Source of the DNA: Camelus ferus
Taxonomy: Eukaryota
Length of the DNA stretch: 64,000 nucleotides
Assembly: GCF_009834535.1 (NCBI RefSeq)
Contig: NC_045696.1
Span: 17,114,001-17,178,000, forward strand
Direction: 5' to 3'
The notes below the pieces were generated by a model. It had not been told where the DNA came from, made no database searches, and saw only the letters and a list, made by a program, of their open reading frames with translations. The translations under genes were made by a program, and so were the position numbers. Shown one piece after another: positions 1 to 13,444 of this stretch (position 1 is the first letter of the stretch; every line of letters begins with the position of its first letter).

Positions 1-1699
1 TTGAGTAATGGTGGAGAATTTTAAAGCAATAAATTAGAGGAATGAAAAAAGAGTTGATATTGTGACTGATGTGCCCCAAAACATATTTTATAACAGTCAG
101 AGCTTAGATGAATATTAACACTTTTGTGTCTGACTGGTACATTTTCCCTCACTGTTTCACATCTATTTCAGAAACATAAATGCAAATATTACCAACCAAC
201 TGATATTCATGTCTTAGGAGACTGTATGAGAGACCTACAGTTGGCTAGTGATAATATTTTGGGGGTTATAAGTTAAAAAAAGACAGAAAAATAGGCCACC
301 TGTATAATATTCCTTCATTTTTATTAAAAAAATTTCTTATTCAGGCAGCCTTTATATGACTACTATTTGCAACCAAATGAACTAAAATCAATAGTACTTA
401 GTTACCCTGAGTGAAAACCATACAGAACTTTACAGCTCCAATGAAGAGACTGTGAAATGCTCTGGTCTTTATCCATAAACATTCAGCACTTTTCTATTCT
501 GGAGTCACAAACTCATCAAATTCACGCTTTTATAAATTGCATTTTTAAACTTGCTCTAAAAAGTTTAATGCTTTATTATGATAGTTTCTCAGTACTTTCA
601 TACCTGAAAAAAGGTTACAATGTGTATCATTCTAATAATCCAGTAATTCATTTAAAAGCCATGTGTGTATTTAGGTCAGTGGCCTTCTGCTCAATTTAAA
701 AACAAAAACTAAAACAAAAACAAAACTCCTTTGACTACCTCTAACATTAGCCATCTGGTTATAAGAATTTATTTTAATCTTTTCAAAAGGATTTTGAAAA
801 CAATAGATTATTTTTCACTGTGTCTTTGATTAATAGCTCTCTTAGCAAGGAAATACCCCTGCAGCTAGTGTAGGTATTCATGTAAAGTTTTTCCTAGTTC
901 CATTTAGATACTATATTATGACACATTTCTTTTATTATCTTTTTTACTATCATAGGAGGAATTATTTTTATTCAGAATTTATGAATACAAGCCTCAGAAT
1001 AGGGTTCTGCAAGAATTACAAGCTAAAATGAAGTGATTTGTCATTCTAAATTTATTTCTATATGTATAAATTTAAATGAATAGGTTGATTGTTTCAAAAA
1101 CAAATTTTGTAATTTTATACAAACTGTCCAAATACATTTTTTTAAAAAGTAAGAGAAAAATTTTTTTCATACCTGTCATTTAGAAACTTCAGAGTGTATT
1201 TCTCTAGGCTGTCTTCTCTTTACATTGTTGTGATACATGTAAAAACTCTGGCAGAGCAAAGGCATGGAATGGAAAACCAAGCGTAGAATATTAAGAAACA
1301 ATTACTTTAACCAAAGTAATCCCAAATCAGAATGCATTTGGAATTTCTGTTCCTAAGTTAACTATTATTAAAGACTTGACATTTGCTGGCTTGGTTTAAA
1401 AAGATTAAATAAAATAAAATCACTGAAATTTGGAAATTTTTGAATCTCTTGTTAAATAATTCACACTTCTTAAAATTAACCATTTTTTTAAAGTAAAATA
1501 AATGTTTTGGTCCATTCACTTACATGGTAGGTAAATTAAATAAATGCATTTTAGAAACTTCATTACTGTGTAATTACAATATTTATTATTTTACCATAAA
1601 TATTAAAAGACTATGGTCCCCATGTGGACATTTTGCAACATATTAGTATTGTTAGATAATTTGCCATTATTGTTAAAAGGGAAACACTGGACCTTATCT

Positions 1700-1797
1700 C
1701 TGTATCTGGTCCCAGAGATGCAAAATGAATTTCCAGTGGCCAAATAACTTGTGAATGATGGAGCTGGAGTTAGAATCTCAGTCTCCTGGCCCTGAGA
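1700..1797 (-). mobile_element. MIR SINE fragment
   Basis: cccagagatgcaaaatgaatttccagtggccaaataacttgtgaatgatggagctggagttagaatctcagtctc resembles the reversed MIR core. Confidence 0.55.
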
Positions 1798-2346
1798 CTG
1801 GTGACAATTTATTACCCCCATGTAGGAGGAAAGAAAACTAACATTGAAGCTAACAGGCTGAGATTCTATGACCACTTCTGTTTTCCTAATATATTTGTGC
1901 CTTTTGGCAGGTTCATTACGTGTCCTGATTTTCTCCTTTCTCATCTACTAGTGAAGACTATGTCAGTTTAGCATTGTCCTGGATATTTAATGGTGTGAAA
2001 CTGCTCTAAGCTTCTCTAGTGCTCTTGAACATTGATTATTTCAATACCACAAAACTTTTCACTGTAGGTGTTTCAGATATGAAGTTACAAGTGTAGAAGT
2101 ACTGTTCAGTGTCTCATTTAAGTAATGATATTTTAATTTTAGGTGTATCAATGTAATGATACAACATGTGATCTGTGTTTAATCTTGAAGTCTTATTAGC
2201 CATCCCAGGCGGAAAACTCAACTTTATGTTGAGAAGATTTAAACAGTGTATCCAATCTAAGCTTGAAGGGGTAATACCTAACTCTTATCTCTTTGCTTCT
2301 TCTTAAGCCCTAAAATTGCCAGCTCAGCAGAAATAAATAAATAAAT

Positions 2347-2400
2347 ACACACACACACACACACGCACACGCACACGCACACGCACATGCACACACACAC
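2347..2400. repeat. Compound (CA)n/(CACACG)n microsatellite
   Basis: acacacacacacacacgcacacgcacacgcacacgcacatgcacacacacac seen directly, preceded by (AAAT)n. Confidence 0.95.
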
Positions 2401-4051
2401 TTCTAAGATGGGTTTCTCCATATGTATCTATTTCACAAGTATTTCCTAATACTATTAAAGGTATCAGTGAGGATTTTTGGGTAGTGTCAGAAGCCAGGAA
2501 AATTGCATCAATCTCTTGTGCCCAATTTCAAGTCCTCTGCTCTTAACGTCACGTTGATGGTGGGGTCATACAGGGTAGAATCCATGGCCAACTGCAACCA
2601 ATCTCCAACTAAGCATGCAAAGCTGTTCTGCCCCTGGAGTTCATTCACTGCTGTTTCCTCTCTGTGACTTGCGTCAGCACTGTTTCTTCTTTGTTGAACA
2701 CATAATCAACTATTAGAAAAAGAAACTAATGAAGGGGATAGTTGCTCTAATGTGGAAAAAAAAAATCTCCTTGCATGAAAGAAGAAAACAAAATTGAAAA
2801 ATAAAGCAAAATAAACTTCTGGTGGCAGTCAATGAGAGAAGCAGCTGCAGCGAGGATGGTAATAAGAGAGAAAGCATAATTAAAACAGATGTTTTAAAAC
2901 ATGTCATTTAAAATGATATACAACATTGATTTAAAATATAAATGTAAATAAAAGTGAATGGGTTGGAAGAATAATTAAAACCAAAGAAACAAAAATAATC
3001 TCAGTGTAAATGAAATTAGAGTGATAGACAATAACTGACTTTGCTTAGCCAACAAAATATTAGTGAAGAAGACTTTTCTTGATTTTAATTTTAGTCCTGC
3101 TTAATCAAACATGCATTTAACAGGGTCTCAGTAGGCATTTTCAGTGATGAACTTCTGAGAAAATGAGACAGAGAAAATGTACGTTTTTAACACTTTAAAA
3201 TACAGTTCAAGTCACTGTATTTAATGCTCTTGAGAAATTCTACTATCCTAGATACTGGGGGACTCTCAGCAATGAGACTAACTTAACAATTTATCTAAAA
3301 CCCAATTCACTTTGTAGTCTCACCTTACCCTAAATTCTCTTCTCACCTGGATGAGCAGTTTCCTTTCATCCTCAAACTCAATCCAGTCCTATTACCTGGG
3401 CAACCACAGGCTCACATCTAGCTCCTCTTGATCTTGCTTCTCTTCCATTTTTATTTTCGTGTCGTTCTCTACTTGCACTCCATTGTGCTAACTGCTGTCA
3501 GGTCTGCTGACTGTTGCAGCTCCACACATACCGCTGCTCAGGCTGCTCCCTTCGGGGACTGTCAGTAAGGCGTGGAGCAGCTACTGATGTCTTCTGGAGA
3601 AGCAGAGAGGAGCACTTGGGAGAGCAGCAGAGATTGGAAGGTTGAGTTGGCTTCAAAGGAGACAGGGTGAGTCCATCCAGAGGAGGACTTCACATTGCTG
3701 CAATCCTGGGACAGTGAGCCAATCCCTGAGGATGCAGTGGGTTCTTGTCTGACTTTGGTATTAGGCATATTATTTTGAATTACCTAGAACCTTAGCATAT
3801 ATATATATATATTTTTTCACCTTTAAAACAGCAATCATTTTTTAGGTATTACATTTTGGAGAAAGCCAGTCCAGTCTCAATCTTATGAGGATGTTATATA
3901 ATATTAACTAAAACACAATTTTGAATATTCCAATCGATAGAAAGCTAACATCTGTATTATGTTGCTAAGAGTGAACAATTATATCACACAGAGTGTACTG
4001 AGGAAGCCACTTGCAAGCTGTCACTGCAAACATGGGGACCACAGAGTGACA

Positions 4052-4783
4052 CAATAGAACTGTCATAAAATTCCACCTGGGGTTTAATGTATAACGGTAT
4101 GACTAACTGACAACACAGAGAGGCCAACGCCATTAAAGGAGAATTTATTGATGCTGTATGGTATTTTTGAAACTTGTTAAGTGAGTATATCCTGTGTGCT
4201 CATAACAAGGAAAAAGATTTTTCTTTTCCTGTCTCTTTTTTTTCATATCTGCCTAAGATATGGATGTTAACTAAGCTTATTGTGGCAATTACTTCACTAT
4301 ATGTATAAAGCAAATCGTTATACTGTATAACTTAACCTTGTACAGTGTTGTGTGCTAATTATATCTCAATGAAACTGGGAACTAAAAAAAAGTATTTATT
4401 ACTTACATTTCTTGAGTGAAAAAGACACATCATACCATGTCACACAGAAACACAGGGGAAGTATTGGATGATGGTTAAAGACAGAAGGAAGTAAAAGAAA
4501 ACCTGAGTCCAAGCCTTTATTGGGGTTTCCATGGGGAAGTCGAGGCAAGTCTTTGGGCCATAGGGGCTGGTCCTAGTTGTCTGGTGCTTGGCCTGGGATG
4601 ATTTAGGGCAGGGACATAAAGGCTTGATATGTGAGACTGAAATAAAGAGGCTTTACTCATAGCCAAGTTATTATCATCCTTAGGAATTTGCTAGCCCTGG
4701 GAAGGGCAGTTTCTCCTTGAGTCTGTAGGCTCCCAAATGCCAGAGCATCAAAAATACAGAAAATAAGAAAATATAGTTAATAT
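4052..4783 (-). mobile_element. ERVL solo LTR, MER74-like, interrupted by an L1 3' fragment
   Basis: Reverse strand begins tattaactatattttcttattttctgtatttttgatgctctggcatttggg...ctgcccttcccagggctagcaaattcctaagg, matching the recalled MER74 5' end; reversed AATAAA (tttatt) lies near 4135 and 4396. Confidence 0.6.
4141..4391 (+). mobile_element. 5'-truncated L1 3'UTR (L1MA-type) nested in the LTR
   Basis: gttaactaagcttattgtggcaattacttcac...tactgtataacttaaccttgtacagtg...ttatatctcaatgaaactggg followed by an A tail; imperfect flanking duplication agaatttatt / agtatttatt. Confidence 0.75.
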
Positions 4784-5235
4784 AATTGGCCCCATGATAA
4801 TTGGATACCAAAGAGACAAATACAGAATCTGAGATAAAAGAGTTAGAACAAGAACATGTGTCTAATAGTCCCTAATGATAACTGGTTTCCTTTTTTTTCA
4901 CAGGTGATTATAGTTCTAATGAGGTGCAGGTATCCCTACATCTCACTAGCAGAGGCTGATGAAGTGGGCCCGTTAGGGACAAGGCACACGGAGCACACAG
5001 GACGTCCGTAATTTCATCAGGGGCCTCTCCACGGATAATATAACTGGAACATCGATGATTGTGATGCTCTGGGTAAAGAATCAACATTGGTGAAGCTGTT
5101 GTACTGGCTGCTCCCCCTTGGGCCCTGGATCTCACAGCGAAGGAAATTCACGCTATCCTGGAAGCTTCAGTCAGGTGGGCTCTTCCTTGCCTCAAGATCT
5201 GCAGGAAGCAAATTTGTTACAGTGTCATTGGACTT

Positions 5236-5415
5236 AAAATACCTTTGTCCTCTATTAGTTACGTGAACTTGGAGCAGCTGCTTAATGTGTCTCAGTTTTC
5301 TCAGCTAAAAATGTCGATGATTGTAACTAAAACACTGTTTTTGCGAGGGTTATGTGAGTGAACACATAGAAAACACTTAAAATAATATCTAGAAGACATT
5401 AAATGGCAGCTGTTT
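5236..5415 (+). mobile_element. MIR SINE
   Basis: gtgaacttggagcagctgcttaatgtgtctcagttttctcagctaaaaatg...gagggttatgtgagtgaacacatagaaaacactta. Confidence 0.65.
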
Positions 5416-5581
5416 TTTAGCTTTATTTTGGTACTTTCATAGTCATTGTTTTTAAATATTTATTTCATTCAGGATATACTTTTGTGTGCTTTTTGCAACA
5501 AGGACCTAATATTGTCCCCAAAGATTTCATGCTATGGACAAAAGTGATAACTTATTTTACAAACTAAATCTGTGAGTGCAT

Positions 5582-5583
<2 letters not shown>

Positions 5584-5612
<29 letters not shown>
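5584..5612. repeat. (TG)n microsatellite
   Basis: Uninterrupted gt run of about 14 units. Confidence 0.95.
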
Positions 5613-5946
5613 CATGTAGTCTGCATTTGCATCTTATAGGGTATTTTATCACTTGACCTGATATATATATTTATATACGTACTTATATTTATATATTTAA
5701 ATATATATATTTATATTTGGTATACACACACTGTTATTTTCTGTTGTTGTTTATCTCTGTTCAGTTACAGTAATCAATTATCCTAATCATTTTTGATTAA
5801 GGTAGTATCATTTTAAATCAGAAAAGTAATATTTTTTAATACAACCATTTTTGCATTTCAGTTATTTTAAATTAGCTTAAAAATCACGTTAAGTTTGAGA
5901 GAAAAAAAAACAAAGCCATGAGGTATCTTATTTGAATGGTATATTA

Positions 5947-5985
5947 TACACACACACACACACACAACACACACACACACGCACA
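5947..5985. repeat. (CA)n microsatellite, interrupted
   Basis: acacacacacacacacacaacacacacacacacgcaca. Confidence 0.9.
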
Positions 5986-6159
5986 TGTATCTGAAGAATA
6001 GGCATCTCTGTGATAAGTGTTAACATGATATAAAGGTAGTTATTAGTCTCCTTGTGTCCTGTATAATATGTCATTGGATTTACTTTAATTATTTTTGTTG
6101 AGATGCTCTAGTTCTACTAATTTCTCATGAATCTTTTGTTTTGTCATTGGTAGCACTTT

Positions 6160-6370
6160 ATTGCATAAATACTTACATCGTGTTCTCAGCACTTGACAAA
6201 TAGTCATTTATTTCATCTTTATTGCAACCTCACGAGGCAGAAACTGTCATCATCCTTATTTCATAGAAAAGGAATGAAAGTGCGCCACGGGGTAATAAGT
6301 ACATAGCTCAAGGTCACAGGGACAGATTGTGGGAGATCTGAAATCTGAGCTCAGGCCACCACACCCCAGA
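6160..6370 (-). mobile_element. MIR SINE
   Basis: caacctcacgaggcagaaactgtcatcatccttatttcatagaaaaggaatgaaag...gctcaaggtcacagggacag...gatctgaaatctgagctcagg. Confidence 0.7.
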
Positions 6371-8819
6371 AGATGCATTTTTGGTTTTGTTTTTTTAACA
6401 TTGTACATTAAGTACCCTATGTGTAATTGATTAATTAGTTAATTACTTAATTTAAATCAGACACCTACATCATGTCCACTATGTGCCTGGAGTTCAGATG
6501 TACTAAATCCTGCATCCTCATACCAACCTTATTAGTCAGGCACCAAAACTCTTTGAAGAAGGTACTAAATCTCTGTCTTAAAACTCTCTAGTAGCCTTGC
6601 TTTCTATTTCCTGAGTCTTACTGAGTAGCTATATAAAGCTGATACAAATGTTCGCTAAAATTTTTCAAGTGATTATCTGTTGAATTTTGTGGTGGAGAGA
6701 GTGGGATTAGAGTAAGAAGGGAGACATTTTCCTTTTTTAAAACATGTATGCAGTGTTTAATATGTATATATTGGTCTATTTATAATAGATACTTATTACA
6801 ATTACACCAAAAATGCCTTTGCAAATGTATAGAATCATGAAAATGATCTATTTAGTGGTGTGAGTTTTTGAAGATGTACACCATTACATGTCTCCCTGTC
6901 TCCTTTGGCTGGAAGCAAGTCACCGTGGCCAATGGTCTCAGTGGGACTTCTGTTATCTTTCACAACAGAAGCAGACCATTTGTAAGCTGACTACCAGCTG
7001 CCAAGATATGGTATAAAGTACAGTTAATTCTCTTTTTTGAAAGAAAATAAGAACTTTCATTTTAAAGTCTCTTCCTCTGTTTAAACAGAAAATAAAACAA
7101 GAACTATGACCAACAAATTGGCAAAAAATATTTCTCATCTTGAAAAGACGGATTTTGTATTTGTTTTCTATTATTTGCATTTTTTCCTACTTAAATGAAT
7201 TTTAGCACAGAGTTTCACAGCTGATCCTTTGAAAAAAGTTAAAATCTTGGAAGGATATACTTTTATAGGCTCTCTGAGGTAGGATCTAAATTGGAGTTTT
7301 CAGAGAAAAGAGAAGATGGAATATTATTTGTAACTGTATTGTGGAACAAGATAAAACATATTTAAATAAAATAAGAATGTAAAACCTAAGATAGCTTGTA
7401 TATTAGTGTATCTCTTTCTTTAGAATTAACGTAAAAATGGTCAGAATGGAAAAGTGAGAACTGCCTTAAATTGAACAGATATAGCTAAAAATTCTGGTGT
7501 CATATAATAATTTGAGAATGGACACTATCTCTCCCAGTGACCTGACATCACCAGCCAAGCAAAGTCATTTACATGGAAACTGTTAAAAATTACAAGAAAC
7601 TTGGCTAATGCATTTCAAATAGTAAGTTATACATCCACACAATGCATTCTCTCTCTCTCTCTCCCCCCTCAAGCAGTTAAAGAAATGAAACATTTTTATT
7701 GACTTAAAAACTTATTAATTATGTATTGTTTTATCAGTAATTACAAATAAGGAAATAGATCTTTAAGATAGAAATGTAAACGACTACTTTAGGGCTTATC
7801 CATGGCTGCGGTTCCTGGTATTGAAATTCAGAGTAATGCAATGTCCCAAAATGTATGTTAAAGAATGGGCAAACATAAAGTCATATAGACAGGTGTTGTA
7901 ACAAACAGCACAAATCTATGAAATCCACGCACACTGGAAAAATTAATCTCTCTCAATGTGGTCTGGAAGGGGCAAACTGTATGAACTTATTGACCAGAAA
8001 CAGATCCTCCAATGAGTCAGTGACGTTCTAGTTCTTTGAATTCTGTGAAAATGTATTATATTGCTTTGGTATTTTTGAGAAAAAAGATCACATTCATTCA
8101 TGAAAAGATGTACCTGTTTTGGGTGAAAGTTAGAAATCTGGGGATACATCTGAATTGAAGAACAACAAATTTCCTTAAAATTCTTAGGCTACATTCTTTA
8201 ACTCTGTTGTCAATGTTCTTCTTGACACTGTATTTTGCTCATTTATCCATATTTTATGATGCATGTATAAATAGTTACAGTGTGCTAACAATTTGACATT
8301 TTATTTTTTTCAATAATCTTTAGACTCAAAGTTTTGTTCAAAATTCAGATACCAAAATATATGCATGTCTTTCTTGATTAATCATTACATATGCCATACC
8401 TTAGCTATAAACAGAAATTAGTTATATGGTTAAGTCATCAGACAGCTTGTTAAGATAATTGAATCCATTAGATCTACTAGTGATATGGATTTCAGTGGAG
8501 ATTATTTTTCTATTCCCTAAATTAAATATCATGATCCAATAATGTCTAGTGCCTGATTTCAATCCCTGTACATGATAACTAGGGAGAGAAAATACATGGT
8601 CCAAGAAAGTAAGCAAATAAACAAAAATCTTTATCCACCAGTCATTGTCCTTCTCTTAAAAGGACACGCTATTTAATCACGTCTCTCTATGAAGCAGACA
8701 GTTGAGTGTTTAAGAATCTGCTGCAACCAGATGACTGTTTCATTTTTTTCTCTAGTGATATGAAAAAGAGAGAAAGAACAGAGACAAAGGAGGAGGGATT
8801 TGCATTTATTCTAGGATCA

Positions 8820-8940
8820 TTACCTCAGTTTTATACGTAAGAATATTTGGGCCACATGAACGAAGTACTTTGTCTGAGAGCGTGACAATTATCTGGATTT
8901 CAAACATAGATCCTTCTGATTCCAAAGCCCATGCTACTGG
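8820..8940 (-). mobile_element. MIR SINE fragment
   Basis: ctggatttcaaacatagatccttctgattccaaagcccatgct resembles the reversed MIR 5' part. Confidence 0.5.
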
Positions 8941-9779
8941 CAAATGTATACCATTACTTCAAATATTTCTAAAATATTATCATACATAATAAATTAATGT
9001 TTTAAATCATATTATCTAATTAGCCAATATTTTACTATCCAGTTGATTACCATATTTTATACTTATTTTTAAATACTTAAGGCACAACTATTTTTCAAGA
9101 ATATTTCATTCCAAATCAGATTAATACATAATTTCACCCTTAAAATTCAAAGCATTATAGGCATAGTTATCCTTATATTTGATATAAGTGTATCAACTAT
9201 TAAAGACAAAAATCAATGATCTCTTTATTCTACAAAGGCATTTGTCAGAATTAAAACATTTCATTGAGAAACTAATGATTTACACACCAAAAAGTGGTCC
9301 TATTCAGTTACACAGCAAAAAAAAAAAAATCTTGATTCCTCAAGGATCATGGAGATTTTAGTACAATTAAGAGGGTTCATGTGTGTATAAGGAATAGTTG
9401 CTCACCATGCATAGAAAGATGACATTTTACAATAGATCAAAAAGCAAATACATGTCTGAGATTATAGAAATATGAAAATGAATGAAGCTAAGTCTCTTTT
9501 TTCCTCTGTTTCCATCTAATCAATATACTTCCCTAAGGTTAGCAGTTTCTGTGTCCTAAATGTGTGAGATACTCTAGGTTCTGCTTTGGTCAAAGAGCCC
9601 AGCACAGCAATGTTCTTCTCTGGACCAGATGAGAGCCAGGGAAGAGATAACAAAAAGCCCTGAGTGCTTAGTCCTTCAGAAGTAAATCTCTCAGGATTAT
9701 GGGTAAATGCTGGCTTCTTGAGTATTCCCTGGAAAAGCATCTCATTTTTATCAAGAGAAAGTTAATAAATGGTGACAGG

Positions 9780-10120
9780 AAAATTCTCTAGATGAACTGC
9801 AGGGATGCAGATGTGGAGAGCAGATAAGGGGGCTGCAAATCAAGCAGAAGAAATGATTTGGAGTAAAGAGGCAAATCTTGGAAAAAAAATTTCGAGGATC
9901 GATATTAGAGATCTAATATTTAAGTAACAGAATATCAAGAATGGTAAAAAGGAAAGAGGTGATGAATTAACTTAAAAAAATACTAGACAAATTACTCTCT
10001 GAGGTGAAGAATAGATTTAAATATGCAGTTTAAAAGGGTTTACTGAGGTTCAGGCAGAATTGACTAGGAAAAAAATTATTTTTATCTTGTTCTAGTAAAT
10101 TCCTAAATGGCAAAGATGAG
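9780..10120 (+). mobile_element. Old L1 (L1M-type) ORF1-region fragment
   Basis: agatctaatatttaagtaacagaatatcaagaatgg...ctctctgaggtgaagaatagatttaaatatgcagtttaaaagggtttactgaggttcaggcagaattga resembles a decayed L1 ORF1 segment. Confidence 0.45.
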
Positions 10121-13100
10121 ATTAAAAATAGCCAATGCATCTTAATGGAGGGAAGGTGTTGACAACTGATTCTACAACCTGTGTGTTTCTGATTAGAGAT
10201 GCTTAAAGATTAGAACCTTGACAGAATATTTCTTACAACTCTTAAGGAATCCAAGGTAAGTGAGGATCTGGTCTAAGCTACTGTGAATATGTACCTGTTT
10301 TTGAGATTTTACAAAGTCTAGTAATACATCAGTAGTAGTAATAAGATACAGCTGTGCCTCAAAATGGACGCTAGTTAATAGTCCTGAGAGGCTTTGTAAC
10401 TAGCAAGGTTTGAAATTCAAAGAATCCCTTAAGTTGATGGCTTGCTTCTCTTTGTTGACTGATCTTGGTACCCACTCAAGTTTCTCTTGAGATCACGTGT
10501 GCCCCAACCACAGTAATTTGGAGACATATGGATGTCCTATTTGGGAATCAATCACATAAGTTGCAATATACTATTGCTATGAATGTGGCATTTTTTCCTA
10601 TTCTGTATGCTTTTATAAAATTTTCTTAAAAAATGTCATTGCACGAAAACCCTTTTTGTCTAAAGTTTGTCAGTTTGAATTGAAGATCACTGCATTTATA
10701 GAGCTGAGAGCTGAGTGGGGTCAGAAGCAGGAGTGATTGCCACATCCTCATATCAGTATCTCAAAGGCAACTTGGATAAGGGAAAGTTCAGAGAGGGAAG
10801 TTCTGACAAAAGTTTGATGCAAAGATATTTGATAAACTTTCTTGGTTTGATGTTGCGAAAGTTCTGTTGCAGGATCCTGGGGATAAATATTAAACAGCAG
10901 AATCTGGATACTATAACAGTTGATCCTCAGCAAAACAGCAAATTTGTTTCTACAATGGATAAAATTGAATGACTTGAAGATAAGTAAACAGAACCCTTTG
11001 GGATGATAGGAAACTAGTACACAGTGAACTGTAATCCCTGTAGGAGGAGAAGAGAACAATAGTGGAAGGTTGAAAGTAAAATTTGAAAGTATAGTGAGTG
11101 GTGGGTGAAGTCTACTATGTTTATGAGTTTGGTCTGGTAGTTAATCTGAATCTAAGTTTGTTGGTGCCAGTTGAACAGAGTAGGTTTGCACTGTATCATA
11201 TAATTATCTGGGGACTAATGAGATACCATAAGTAAAGTACCTAGTACCGTAACAAATATTTAATCATAAATAAATTATTTTGTTTATAGTTGGCATACAT
11301 CCTTTCCACTTATTCTTAGTTATCCCATTTGTCAAATTCAAATTTACAATCTCATTGGACAAATGAAAGTACTGATTAAATATATGTGTTATCTTCAAAA
11401 TATTGAAATCATATTTATATGTTAAGAAGAAACATGTTCAACATTAAATTGACATGCAAATTCAAGATGATTTGACTTCAAAAATACAACAATTTATAAT
11501 ACTTCCATTCAGTGATGACATGGAAAATGTAGAACGTGTCCAAAGTAAGTGACATCTGATGTGTCTTTTCCTGTGATTGTGCTGTTTTCACATATAAATT
11601 GGTTTTAATTTTAAAATGAAGAGATTGGAGAATATATTTCCATGATTTTTCTTTCTTGTACATTCATGACAAAATAGAAGCCTCAAGTCATTTATCTTAT
11701 TTTACAGTTGAGATAGAAGTTAATCTTTCAGTTAGCAGCAAAAAATGTTTATTTTGGCATCTGGGAATATTAATCCTTCTCAAATATACTAGCACTTTGT
11801 TGGATAAACATCCAACAGAATATACTAATTTAATCAATTATAATTGGATCCATTGGGATAAAAATCAAAATATGTGCTTGCTTGAATTTGATTTATTTAA
11901 GTTTATTAATTTATTAATTACTTCATATTGTAAGCTGCTTTTGTACAAACATGACAGATATTTTGAGTCATATTCATCTTCAATCACAAATAATCTTAAA
12001 TTTATTCTACTTAATTTCTCAGCAGTTATTTAATATTTTTCTGTCATTGAAAAATTAGCAAAAGAGATAGCCCTTTGAGAAAGTTTTTTAATAAGCTATT
12101 AAATATTTAATTAAGAATTATTGTCTTGGTTCTTTAAGTCTTTGAAATTAATTTCATCTATCTTTATCTTCTAGAAAGCTACATATATAAAGTTGACACA
12201 GCAAAATTTAAATAATGTTCTTATAGCCTAGGTCAGTTAGTATAATCCATATTTTAAAAAGTTCTGAAATAATCATAGAGTGCACTTTTTTGGAATATAA
12301 AGAAAATATTATATGTTTATCAAATGACAAATGAGTAATTTGCCTAAAAATGGTACAGCTCATTAAAATTTTTTGGCCTGAGTAAATGAGAATTTTAACA
12401 TTTTTGGGGTCATTTTATAGAGATAAAGAGGAATAAGGCCCTTAGAAACTTATATAACCTTATATTTATTGTAACAACAGCCAATTCTAAGTATTCCACA
12501 TTAGAACACACATACATTTATTTCCTCTCTGGAGTCTCACGACTACTTTCAATGATGAAGCCAAGATTTAGTATCATTGTTTAAAATACTGTTTGCTATC
12601 ACTCACAATTTGTAAGTAAAAAGATACATTTTACTACCTGAAATATAACATATGTCTAAATAAACAAGTACACAGCAATATACACATAGATGGACATCAA
12701 ACTGTCTGCAGTCATTTTCCTTATTTTTTTAAGACCGTAACATTTTTATGCTATGGATAGGTTCTTTCTGATTGTTTTTTTCAATTTTCTTTAGCCCTTG
12801 TGATACATTTGGGCAAGTATTCATCACCTCAGCTTTAAGATCAATTCATCGTCTCTGATTCCATTCCATAAAATTTAAACAATTTTGAGGTCTTTGAAAT
12901 ACATATTTTGTTATTTTCATAAAGGGGGTCCTTTAATAGCCTACAATACTTAAACTATCAAAACAACGCCTAACGATACACTGTGATCAAAAACATGTAT
13001 GTATGTGTAATACATATGTGTATGTATAGTTATGCACATACACATATATGTATTATTTTATTAGGCATTGCATAATATATTCATATTGTCTATACAATGG

Positions 13101-13398
13101 CATTGTATTTAAGATTATGTGCAATATATGGACATAATATATAGTAGACTGTGTGTATATACACAAAATTTTGAAAGAACTAAGGAATTGTCACCTTTAA
13201 TCCCCATTTTCTGTTCATTAAAGCTGTATGTTTCTTGTAGAATTTAAGTAATTTATCCTTGCAACTTTTTCAGCTGTAGCAGTACTCATGGAAATATTTT
13301 AGTTAAAAATACCTTGCTGAAAATATATCTTCAGAGTGAATACAGTCAAAATTACATTTAATTATAATTAGAATAGAAATCTATTAGATGACACTACA

Positions 13399-13444
13399 GG
13401 CGCACACGCACGCGAGCGTGCACACACACACACACACACACACA
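13399..13444. repeat. (CG/CA)n alternating purine-pyrimidine microsatellite
   Basis: gcgcacacgcacgcgagcgtgcacacacacacacacacacacaca. Confidence 0.9.

Noticed and set aside
3501..3666. GC-richer plus-strand exon ending at G|gtgagt
   Set aside because: All three frames are closed; may be old repeat sequence
4904..5175. Strong acceptor followed by CpG-containing sequence as a coding exon
   Set aside because: No recognisable protein and only weak donors; part of it resembles old hAT-type repeat
10715..11059. Overlapping antiparallel ORFs of 85 and 103 aa
   Set aside because: Non-ATG starts and no recognisable domain
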